In this document: one piece after another, positions 39,186 through 48,511 of the stretch | How the letters are laid out: the number at the start of each line of letters is the position of its first letter | Position numbering within the stretch: the stretch's first letter is position 1 | Source of the DNA: an uncultured delta proteobacterium | Lineage (GTDB): Bacteria > Bdellovibrionota > FAC87 > UBA2466 | Assembly: GCA_963778115.1 (NCBI GenBank) | Contig: CAVZSV010000004.1 | Coordinates: 1,536,001-1,600,000, forward strand | DNA: 64,000 bases | Reading direction: 5' to 3' | The notes under the pieces: generated by a model | What the model was told of the DNA's origin: nothing | Database searches by the model: none | Seen by the model: only the letters and a program-made list of their open reading frames with translations | Made by a program: the position numbers and the translations under genes

Positions 39186-40664
39186 ATGGGAATTGCGAGA
39201 CATTGGGGTGTTGTGTGCGGACTTACGTGCATGGGGCTAAGCGCACTAGCGATCGCTAGTTCTGGAGGCCCGAACTACGCCGGCCGAACGATCGGCCAAT
39301 TGGGATCCATGCCCACCGCAAGCGATCTGCAAGCATGGATCGATTGGGAAAAGGCCGATTCCATCACCAACCTTTTTGCTAACATTTCACCGCAGGGAGC
39401 TGCTAGCGGAGCCGTCGTCGCTTCTCCTTCCACGACCAACCCAAACTATTTCAAACATTGGGTTCGCGATGCATCACTAACGATGAATTTAGTCATCAGC
39501 TTTTACGAAAATACTCAGGACGCCACTCAGCGGGCCACCTACTACCAGCGCATGATGGATTTCGCTAGTTTCTCCCGAAAAAACCAACTGACGCCTAACT
39601 TAAGCGGCGGATTAGGCGAGCCTCTATTTATGGCAGACGGAAGTGCCTTTAATCAGCCGTGGGGACGGCCGCAAAATGACGGCCCCGCCATTCGGGCGTT
39701 CGTACTCACCCGTTGGGCCAATGATCTCATTAATGAAGGACAAGAAGCTTTAGTTCGTAGCCAACTTTACGACGGTGTCCTGCCTACTAATTCAGTTATT
39801 AAATCCGATTTGGAGTACGTCGCCCACAATTGGCAGAACAGCTGCTACGATCTTTGGGAAGAGGTTCACGGCTACCACTTCTACACAAGAATGGTTCAGC
39901 GCAAAGCCATGTTAGATGGAGCCGCGTTGGCCGATAGACTGGGAGACATGGGAGCAGCGGCCTTTTACCGCCAACAAGCGGGACTGCTCGAAACCCAGAT
40001 CAATACTCACTGGGATAGCACGAATAATATTATCCAGGCCACTTTGGGGCGCGACGGGGGCATCGACTACAAAAGTAGCGGCTTAGATTCTTCGGTAATC
40101 CTAGGCGTGATGCATGCCGACACTCACGACGGATTCTTCCCCGTTTATGACGACAGAGCTGTCGCTACCGCTGTAAAACTAGCCAATACGTTTAAGTCCG
40201 AGTTCCCCATCAACCAACAAGGACCGGGGATTGGAATTGGACGTTATCCCGAAGATCAGTACACCGGCTACGGAGTTGCCGCAAACGGCGGAGATCCTTG
40301 GGTGCTACTCACCAACGGATTCGCAGAATATTATTATCGAGTTTCGAAAGGGCTAACTTCGACGGGAACTTTGACCTTTAACAACATCAACCAAAGCTTC
40401 TACCAAGATCTGGTTCCGGCACAGGCTTCGTCCATTACACCAGGCACGACCATTCACTCAACTGATGCGCTATTTACGGCCATTACCGCTGCCGCTTGGG
40501 CTCGCGGAGACGACTACTTAAGTCGCACCCGCTATCACACGGGAGCCGATGGTGTGTTGTACGAACAGATGAACCGCAACAACGGGTTCATGCAAGGCGC
40601 TTACAACCTAACTTGGAGCGACGCCAGTTTCCTCGTCGCCGCCTGGGAGCGCAGCGGCTTCTAA
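39186..40664 (+). CDS. Secreted GH15 glucoamylase (fungal-type catalytic domain)
   Basis: Signal peptide; VVASPS..NPNY..WVRDA, LGEP.F, WGRPQNDGPA, DLWEE, IGRYPED.Y, LYEQ, LTWS. Confidence 0.92.
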   Translation: MGIARHWGVVCGLTCMGLSALAIASSGGPNYAGRTIGQLGSMPTASDLQAWIDWEKADSITNLFANISPQGAASGAVVASPSTTNPNYFKHWVRDASLTMNLVISFYENTQDATQRATYYQRMMDFASFSRKNQLTPNLSGGLGEPLFMADGSAFNQPWGRPQNDGPAIRAFVLTRWANDLINEGQEALVRSQLYDGVLPTNSVIKSDLEYVAHNWQNSCYDLWEEVHGYHFYTRMVQRKAMLDGAALADRLGDMGAAAFYRQQAGLLETQINTHWDSTNNIIQATLGRDGGIDYKSSGLDSSVILGVMHADTHDGFFPVYDDRAVATAVKLANTFKSEFPINQQGPGIGIGRYPEDQYTGYGVAANGGDPWVLLTNGFAEYYYRVSKGLTSTGTLTFNNINQSFYQDLVPAQASSITPGTTIHSTDALFTAITAAAWARGDDYLSRTRYHTGADGVLYEQMNRNNGFMQGAYNLTWSDASFLVAAWERSGF

Positions 40665-40666
40665 CC

Positions 40667-40735
40667 ACAAAAAGGTACGGCCTACCTTCCTGTAGTAGAC
40701 GAAGTGATACAGGAAGGTAGGCCGTACCTTTTTGT
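40667..40735. repeat. REPIN-like long inverted repeat; probable bidirectional terminator
   Basis: Perfect 28-bp arms (ACAAAAAGGTACGGCCTACCTTCCTGTA) around a 13-nt spacer; each arm has an internal palindrome AAGGTA-CGGCC-TACCTT. Confidence 0.85.
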
Positions 40736-43700
40736 TTAGGGGACGAGTTGGTCGGAGAGGCGCTGGACTTCTCGGACTAAGGATTTCCAGTCGGTCTCTT
40801 CTGCCAAGAATACGAGCTTTTGATCGGGCGTTACCGAATATCTTTTGGGATCGGATTGAACGAGTTTGACCAGCTTGCCGGCACTCACCGGCGTCGAGGG
40901 AGCAAACTGGAGCGAAGTCTTTTTGGGTCCACAGCTCATTCTTAGGACGTGCAGACGTTTCAAATAGAGCTTAAGCCTCATGATACCCAAAAGGTTGTCG
41001 ACCTCGGTCGGTAAATTTCCAAACCGATCGCGAATCTCCTCTTCTACCTCGGCAATCTTCTCTTCAGACTCAACACTAGAGAGCTTGCGATAAATAGCAA
41101 TCCTCTCACTGATGTCCGGAAGGTAGTCGGCCGGAAAATATGCCGCTAGCTTCAAAGTGATCTCAGGTTCGATCTCTTGAAGTTTTTCTTGTCCTTGGAG
41201 GGAACGTATACTCTCCTCGAGAAGCTCGAAATACATGTCAATTCCGATGGCGGTCAAATGGCCCGACTGATCTTTACCCAAAAGATCTCCCGAGCCCCGA
41301 ATCTCAAGATCGTGGCTAGCGACACTAAAACCAGCGCCCAAGTCGGTATAACGTTGGATCACCTGAAGCCTTTGTTTAGCGTCTTCCGTCATCTGCGGGG
41401 GGACGAGAAGATAGCAATAGGCTCGTCTATCCGATCGACCTACCCTACCCCGCAACTGATACAACTGCGCCAGGCCGAAGTGATCCGCATCATCGATTAG
41501 GATGGTATTTGCGAGAGGGATATCCAAACCCGACTCAATAATCGCGGTAGTAAGTAGGACATGAAAATCGTCCTTATAAAAACCTAACATCTTTTTTCTA
41601 AGACCTCGGGTTCCATTTGGCCGTGCACCACTTCCACCCTCACTTTGGGAAGTAATATTTTAAGTTCTTGAGCGATCTTAAAGATCGTTTCAATACGATT
41701 ATGGACAAAAAATACTTGTCCTTCCCGTACCAGTTCGTTGGTGATCGCTTCCATGATAACTTCGTCGGATCTTCGACACACGAAAGTGCGAACGGAAAGC
41801 CGGTCAGGAGGAGGAGTCGTAATGATGGAGATATCCTTAATCCCCGTCATCGCCATGTTGAGCGTTCTAGGAATGGGAGTAGCAGTCATTGATAGCACAT
41901 GAACCGATTCGCACATCTTTTTAAGCCTCTCTTTATGGGCGACTCCAAAGCGGTGTTCCTCGTCGACAATGACCACGGCCAAATCTTTAAAAATAACATC
42001 AGCGGACAATAAGCGATGGGTTCCGATGACAATATCGACCTTGCCGTCTTTAAGCTTTGCTAGAGTCTCTTTGATCTCCGCATTGCTCCGAAGGCGACAA
42101 ACCATTTCGACGGAAGCACCCGTATCCTTCAATCGATTCTTGAAAGTCTCGAAGTGCTGAAAGGCAAGGACCGTCGTGGGCACCAAAACTGCCACCTGTT
42201 TTCCGTCGAGGGCAGCCCGATAGGCCGCGCGAAGAGCGACTTCAGTCTTGCCATAACCGACGTCACCGCAAAGCAGCCTATCCATCGGATGCGGTTTGCC
42301 TAGATCGTTCATGACGTCTTCGATGGCTTTCATTTGATCGGGAGTTTCCTCAAAAGGGAACTTCATCTCAAATTCACGATAGTCTTGACCGATCGGTTTA
42401 CAAGCATAGGCAGGAAGAAGACGGCGCTTGGCTTGAATTTTTAAAAGTTCGGCAGCAAGTTCGGCAACGGCGTGTTGTGCTTTTGCTTTCGCCTTGGTCC
42501 ACCTGTCGCCGCCCAGTTTATCTAAGACCGGCGTTCCCCCTTCAGCCCCCGCATATTTCTGTAAGACATTCAGCCGGTAGACCGGAACGTAAAGCTTATC
42601 GCCATCTTTATATTCGAGAAGGACATAGTCGTTGGGGAGTCCCAGGAAGTTCATTGACTTCAAACCGAGGTATCTACCGATTCCATGATCTTTGTGAACG
42701 ATAAAGTCATCTACCTTAAGATCACGGAAAGAGGACAATAGCCTGGAAGAGTCGGTACTGGTCGACCACGCCCTTGACCTCGCGACACGTTTTTTATGTC
42801 CAAAGATTTCGTCTTCGCTCAACACCACCCATTGGAGATCCGGGAAGACAGCGCTCTCGGTAATGGAGCCCTGCGAAAGATTTAAGATGGAAAAGTCTCC
42901 CTTTAACCCCAGGGGATAGATGGCCGTTCCCTCAGGAGTCCAGCGCGACTTAAAATCATAAGTTTCAAATAGCATCTGAATGCGATCGGCATGAGTACGA
43001 GTCATGCTTACGATCTGGATGCGAAATCCTAGATCCATCCATGTGCGAAATCGCTTGGCTACCGCTTCCAGAACAGCATGGCTTGCTTTTTTTTGTATGC
43101 CCGCTTGGCGTTCCGGCTCCAAAGAGAGTTTCTCACAGCGAAAAGGCGCCTGGATTCTTCCACTGGGCCCCGACTCAAAGTCTTCGAAAAAGTAATTCGA
43201 CTTTCGATCCAAAAAGGATGCCACCAAAATCTCGTCGACAAAAAGTGAGGCTGCGTCGGCCACGGGAAAGGGCTCTTTTTCGAAAAGCTCCAGATGCTTT
43301 AGGTAATGGGGGAGCTCGATCTCTTTAATTCTATCTAAAGCCTTCTGTTTTCCATCCCAGATCTGAATCGCATCCGAAGGAAAGTAATCGATGATGGGGG
43401 AGGAACCGTTCGACAGTAGTGGAAAGAGGAAAGTAAGGTCGGTAGCCACTGAACCTTCCTGAATTTTTTCTAAAATCTCGTCGCGATCGGCTTTAGGAAT
43501 TCCAAGGTTGTCTAAACGCTCTTTGACCTTAAGAGCCGAAGCTCCAAAATCCTCTCCGTGGGGGACCAGAGTCTGGCCCACGGGTAACACATAAGCTTGT
43601 TCCAACTTATCGAGAGAGCGCTGCGTTTGGGGATCGAAAAACCGGATCTCCTCGATAAGATCCCCAAAGAACTCGAGCCGAATCGGATTGGGATACAAAG

Positions 43701-44280
43701 GAGAAAAAATATCTACGACTCCGCCCCGAACGGAAAAGATTCCTTCGTCATAAGCAGCTGGCTGACGTTGGTACCCCGACTCGATGAGGCTTGCGATTAA
43801 ACCATCTCTGTCCCACTCGTCGTTAGGTTTTAGGACCCTGGTGCCTCGCAAGAAATCGGTAGGGGTCACTACTTTTTGAAGGATCGCACCTACCGTCGTA
43901 ATAAAGACACGTCCTTTGGCATCATTGAGCGCATGAAAAAGCCCGACATTTCTCTCCGCAAAAAGTTCGGGATTGGGCAATAGGCCCCGGTAGTAATCGA
44001 AATCGACCGACGGAATATAGTGAATCCTTGAACTGCCCTTCGTCCCCGCAAAGTAGGAGAAGTTATCGATCGCATTTCTTGCTTCCGCCCGAGTGGCAAA
44101 AACGACAACAATAGGACGATCGGTCTTTTGAGAAAGGGAAGCAAGCAGCAGACTTTTGCCTAGCTCGGAGATTCCAACGAACTCGGTTCCTTCCGCGGGC
44201 ACACCTTCGCCCTCAAGCAACCAGTGTTGGAGAGAAAAAGAACCGGAATTCACTGGGGGGAGGCTACCTGAGAAGACCAA
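40736..44280 (-). CDS. mfd: Transcription-repair coupling factor, split by a 1-nt frameshift in an A6 run at 41592-41597
   Basis: UvrB-like module, RID (VHKDHGIGRY), GDVGYGKTEVA, DEEH, TATPIPRT; second ORF holds QLRGRVGR and TRCF. Confidence 0.93.
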
Positions 44281-44324
44281 TGACGTAAATCCCTCTGCCC
44301 CCGATTCAGTATCAATTTCAATCT

Positions 44325-44345
44325 AAAACCCGCGCAGCGGGTTTT
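44325..44345 (-). terminator. Intrinsic terminator after gpsA
   Basis: AAAACCCGC-GCA-GCGGGTTTT hairpin immediately downstream of the gpsA stop. Confidence 0.65.
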
Positions 44346-44348
44346 GAC

Positions 44349-45368
44349 TCATGTCCCTTCTTCTTTCAAATCCCTCACCATCAAATCCGCCAACGCCTGC
44401 TTCGCCGACTTCTTCTCATAAAGCATCAAATAAACCTGCTCGGTAATGGGCATGTCTATCCCATTGCGAAGTGCCAACTCTCTGGCCGATTGGGCGGTAT
44501 AAACGCCTTCGGCGATTCCGCCCAATTCACGTTGGATGTCAGCCAATGCCTTTCCCTGCCCTAGCTTTACCCCCAATGTTCGGTTTCGACTCAGCGGCCC
44601 GGTGCAGGTGAGAATCAGATCTCCCGTTCCGGCGAGTCCTAAGAAGGTAAGGGGATCGGCTCCAAATCTTTTTCCCATGCGCATGATTTCGGCGATTCCC
44701 CGATTAATGACCGCCGCCTGCGCGTTGTACCCAAGTCCAAGTCCGGTGACGACACCGGTTGCAATCGCGACGACGTTCTTCAAAGCTCCCGCTAGCTCTA
44801 CCCCGTTGACGTCGGTAGACGTGTAGACACGAAAGTAGCTATTGGAAAGTTGTCTTTGAATGAGAGCAGAGATCTCTCGGTCGCGGCAAGCAACGGTTAC
44901 CGCCGTGGGAAGCCGCTGCGCAACTTCAAGAGCGAAGCTGGGACCGGAAAGAATGGCATATTGGGCTTGAGGAACAAACTGTTGATAGATTTCGCTGACT
45001 CTAAGATGAGTTCCCAGTTCAATGCCCTTGGAACTATTTAAGATGATGGTAGAGCCAAGTAAATTCGCGACGGGCTTTAGCACGTTTCTGATTTGCTGGG
45101 TGGGGATGGAGCCCACCATCAAATCCGCTCCGTCCAACGCGGATTCCAAACTTTCGGTCGCTTTAAGATTCGGGGAAAGGGTGACCCCTTTGAGATATTT
45201 CGTGTTCTCATGACGCTCATTTAAAGAGCGCACCGTTTCGGCATCTCGTCCCCAGAGAATGACCTCTTCACATTGGTCGGCGAAGAGGTTTCCTAGCGCG
45301 GTTCCCCAGCTGCCGGCTCCCACAACGGCCACTTTCCTAAGATTTCTTTCGTTTTTGTTAATCTCCAT
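44349..45368 (-). CDS. gpsA: NAD(P)H-dependent glycerol-3-phosphate dehydrogenase
   Basis: GAGSWGTA, SKGIE, SGPSFA, GALKNV, GDLILTC..SRN. Confidence 0.96.
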   Translation of the reverse strand: MEINKNERNLRKVAVVGAGSWGTALGNLFADQCEEVILWGRDAETVRSLNERHENTKYLKGVTLSPNLKATESLESALDGADLMVGSIPTQQIRNVLKPVANLLGSTIILNSSKGIELGTHLRVSEIYQQFVPQAQYAILSGPSFALEVAQRLPTAVTVACRDREISALIQRQLSNSYFRVYTSTDVNGVELAGALKNVVAIATGVVTGLGLGYNAQAAVINRGIAEIMRMGKRFGADPLTFLGLAGTGDLILTCTGPLSRNRTLGVKLGQGKALADIQRELGGIAEGVYTAQSARELALRNGIDMPITEQVYLMLYEKKSAKQALADLMVRDLKEEGT

Positions 45369-45476
45369 CGCCTCTGTTTATCACACCGCGGCACGGATTG
45401 GTTCCCACGAGATCACTGAGAAAATTGACAATACGCGTCATAAACCATATACTGAGGCACTCTCGGAGGCGAAGTT

Positions 45477-45908
45477 ATGCGGAAGCTCTTTCTAAATGTT
45501 GGATATTTAAGTTTTTTTACATTATTGGCTAGCAGCTTGGTGCTTACCAGTTGCGGCAATCCAGCCGACGGCGATGACTCCCTCCGCTCCGATCAAAGAC
45601 CCGCTCGAGGAGCCCAGCGTCGACGAAACGCCCGGAACGTAACCGCCAACCCGTGTCCAGCAACCTATTCCGCGGACGATCTGGCAATGGCAAAGCTCAC
45701 GTTACCGATTGTGGGAGGTTTACCCGAAATGACTAAAGCCACTTTGACCAACGATCAAAAAACTCAGATCGAATCGATGGTCACGGCATGCACTGCCTTC
45801 TTCCAAAAATACGATGCCAAAATGGTTTGCCAAGACTCTCTAGGACGTATCCATAGAACAGAAAAGCTAAAGAATAGTTGCGACCGCGCCGCCGCCTTTC
45901 TCAAGTAG
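45477..45908 (+). CDS. Cys-containing lipoprotein
   Basis: GGAGG RBS, lipobox LTSC, four further Cys. Confidence 0.7.
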   Translation: MRKLFLNVGYLSFFTLLASSLVLTSCGNPADGDDSLRSDQRPARGAQRRRNARNVTANPCPATYSADDLAMAKLTLPIVGGLPEMTKATLTNDQKTQIESMVTACTAFFQKYDAKMVCQDSLGRIHRTEKLKNSCDRAAAFLK

Positions 45909-45974
45909 TGTGACGCTAGTCGCTAGATGAAGTGACAGCGCCGCAAAACCAAGCCAAGAAAAGCCCTTCATTCC

Positions 45975-46003
45975 TTGACACCCTGTCATGCCCAAGATAA
46001 TTT
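45975..46003 (+). promoter_or_regulatory. Putative sigma70 promoter of the nuo operon, with a palindrome over the -35 box
   Basis: TTGACA-N17-TAATTT; TGACA-CCC-TGTCA inverted repeat at 45976-45988. Confidence 0.5.
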
Positions 46004-46105
46004 TTTGTCCGATTTTGTAATTTCAACTACTTAACTTGTAGTTTTGACTCACGGTTTTTGTTTTTGTTTTTCTGTTTGTAAGGCTACTCATCTGGGGACT
46101 CATTT

Positions 46106-46525
46106 TTGGAGACGGGATTTGTATCTGCATTTTGGTTTATCATCATCTCGGCGCTAGTCGTGCCTCTAATGATGGGTGCCGGAATTATTCTTCGCCCTCG
46201 ATCTAAATCCAATATTGGTGACAAAGGAATCGCTTACGAATGCGGCGAGCAGCCGGTGGGTAGCGCTTGGGTAAAATTTAATATTCGTTTTTATGTCGTT
46301 GCGATCGTCTTTATCGTTTTTGACGTCGAAATGGCGGCTATTTTCCCCCCCGCAACGTTATTCCGGGGTGCCGTCATGGGAACCACCCCTGGATTATCGG
46401 CCGGACTAGTTTTCCTTGAGCTCTTCCTGTTCGTGGGACTGTTAGTGGCCGGTCTTATCTACTGCTGGGTCCGAGGGGATTTGGAGTGGGTGAAAGGCGT
46501 TACGGGCGCCTCCCCAAAAAAATAA
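46106..46525 (+). CDS. nuoA: NADH-quinone oxidoreductase subunit A (set 1)
   Basis: YECGE, RFY, FIVFDVE, GDLEW. Confidence 0.93.
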   Translation: METGFVSAFWFIIISALVVPLMMGAGIILRPRSKSNIGDKGIAYECGEQPVGSAWVKFNIRFYVVAIVFIVFDVEMAAIFPPATLFRGAVMGTTPGLSAGLVFLELFLFVGLLVAGLIYCWVRGDLEWVKGVTGASPKK

Positions 46526-46529
46526 CAAG

Positions 46530-47666
46530 ATGAACTCCGCGAATTTCGCACATTCATTGCAGGGTTGGATAGGCCATGGTCCCCTTTGGGTTTGGGCCAT
46601 CGTATCGGCGGTTCTGGTCCTCTTTCTGGTAGCGCTTCCCTTCGGAGGCTTTGCCACTTATGTCGAACGAAAAATTGCGGCGGATATGCAAGACCGCATC
46701 GGTCCCAACCGCGTAGGCCCCTACGGAATACTGCAATTCATTGCCGACGCGGTTAAAATGTTGGGAAAAGAGGATTTCATTCCGATTGGCTGCGACAAAT
46801 TCCTCTACAACTTAGCTCCGGTGTTAGTGGTCATGGGGGCATGTGCCGCGTTCGCCGCCCTTCCTCTCAGCAAGTATTTCATCGGCGCTGACGTCAATAT
46901 CGGCATCTTTTTTATTCTTTCGGTCACCACCCTTATCGCTCCCGGAATCCTTTTAGGCTCTTGGTCTTCGGCGAATAAATGGTCGCTTTTGGGAGGACTT
47001 CGAGCGGCGGCACAAATAGTGAGTTATGAAATCCCGGTAGCCCTTTCCATTCTACCGGTCATTCTTATCTCAGGAAGTCTGCAAATCGGACGGATGGTGG
47101 AATTGCAAGGATGGTCGTGGACATCCGAAGGGATGACGCAACTTCATTTTTGGAACGCTTTCCATAACCCCTTCGCTTTTGTCTCCATGATTTTGTTGTT
47201 TATCGGAGGCCTTGCGGAAACTAACCGTATCCCTTTCGATCTTCCTGAAGCCGAATCAGAATTGGTCTCGGGCTTCAATACCGAGTTTTCGGGAATGCGT
47301 TTTGGTCTCTATGCCCTTGCCGAATTTGCCGACGTCTTTGTGATGTGTGCGATCGTAACGGCGCTTTACTTGGGGGGATGGCAACTTCCTTTTATAAACC
47401 TGGATGAACTTTGGGTGACGCTACCCACGTTTTTGGTAGCCCTCATTCAATTAGGGGTCTTTTCGGTGAAGACCCTATCCTTAGTGTTCGTGGTCATGTG
47501 GCTTCGATGGACACTCCCCCGGCTGAGAGTCGATCAATTGATGGGACTTTGCTGGAAAGGACTCGTCCCCCTGGCCCTAATTAATGTGGTCGGAACCGCA
47601 GCTTGGATGTGGATCTTTAAAGGACAGTCGATAGCTCAACTTATTTTCAAGGCACTAGCAGGGTAA
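46530..47666 (+). CDS. nuoH: NADH-quinone oxidoreductase subunit H (set 1)
   Basis: ERK..A..QDRIGPN, AQIVSYE, ETNRIPFDLPEAESELVSG, PRLRVDQL. Confidence 0.95.
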   Translation: MNSANFAHSLQGWIGHGPLWVWAIVSAVLVLFLVALPFGGFATYVERKIAADMQDRIGPNRVGPYGILQFIADAVKMLGKEDFIPIGCDKFLYNLAPVLVVMGACAAFAALPLSKYFIGADVNIGIFFILSVTTLIAPGILLGSWSSANKWSLLGGLRAAAQIVSYEIPVALSILPVILISGSLQIGRMVELQGWSWTSEGMTQLHFWNAFHNPFAFVSMILLFIGGLAETNRIPFDLPEAESELVSGFNTEFSGMRFGLYALAEFADVFVMCAIVTALYLGGWQLPFINLDELWVTLPTFLVALIQLGVFSVKTLSLVFVVMWLRWTLPRLRVDQLMGLCWKGLVPLALINVVGTAAWMWIFKGQSIAQLIFKALAG

Positions 47667-47670
47667 TGTG

Positions 47671-48189
47671 ATGTCAAACGGCTTAAAATTAGTGTTATTC
47701 GCGGCCGAAATATTAACGGTGGCTTCAGCACTTATCGTAACCCTCCATCCGAATGTTCTGTACGCTTCGGTGTCCTTACTTTTTGCCTTCTTGGGCGTTG
47801 CGGTCATGTTCGTCTATGCGGGAGCCGATTTCATCGCCGGAGCGCAAGTCGTGGTGTACGTGGGTGGGGTCACCATCCTCATTCTGTTTGCGATCATGCT
47901 CACGCAATGGCTTTACAAGATGAATCTTAAGGACCTTCCCGGAAAGCTACTTCTGCCGGTGGCAATCGTGGGAATGGGATTGGTCCCCGCTCTTTATAAA
48001 GTCATGCACGAGCTGGCTCTTTTCATTGAAAAGACACCGCCCGCCGACATGGAAAAGTTTGCGGATCTGCCGAAAACCGCAGTACTAGGACAGGCTCTGT
48101 TGTCGACTTATGTCCTTCCTTTTGAAGCCATCACCATATTACTGCTGGGCGCTCTGGTTGGAGCGGTTTGGCTAGCGAGGCCGAAATGA
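47671..48189 (+). CDS. nuoJ: NADH-quinone oxidoreductase subunit J (set 1)
   Basis: AQVVVYVGGV.IL.LFAIML, YVLPFE. Confidence 0.92.
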   Translation: MSNGLKLVLFAAEILTVASALIVTLHPNVLYASVSLLFAFLGVAVMFVYAGADFIAGAQVVVYVGGVTILILFAIMLTQWLYKMNLKDLPGKLLLPVAIVGMGLVPALYKVMHELALFIEKTPPADMEKFADLPKTAVLGQALLSTYVLPFEAITILLLGALVGAVWLARPK

Positions 48190-48509
48190 GTCTACTGAAT
48201 TGGGCGACAGGACTGCACGGCTATCTCTTTGTGGGAGCCGTCCTCTTTATTTTGGGATTGGTGGGTATCCTCTCTCGAAAGAACGCCATCGGAATTTTGT
48301 TAGGGATCGAACTGGTGCTGAACGCAGCGGGAATTAACTTTGTCGCGTTTAGTAAATACCGGACCGGAAGTATCGACGGGCAAGTCGTGGCACTCTTTAT
48401 TATCTTGATTGCCGCCGCGGAAGCGGCCGTAGCGCTTGCCATCATCCTTAGGCTGTATCGCCTAAGGGAGACCATCGACGCCGGTGAAGCAAACTTGATG
48501 AGGAATTAG
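48186..48509 (+). CDS. nuoK: NADH-quinone oxidoreductase subunit K (set 1)
   Basis: GIELVLN, AAAEAAVALA; ATGA overlap with nuoJ. Confidence 0.94.
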   Translation: MSLLNWATGLHGYLFVGAVLFILGLVGILSRKNAIGILLGIELVLNAAGINFVAFSKYRTGSIDGQVVALFIILIAAAEAAVALAIILRLYRLRETIDAGEANLMRN

Positions 48510-48511
48510 GC

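Noticed and set aside
41590..41598. Programmed -1 frameshift at AAAAAAG in mfd
   Set aside because: The AAA AAG codons fall in the shifted frame, not the zero frame required for a canonical A_AAA_AAG slippery site.
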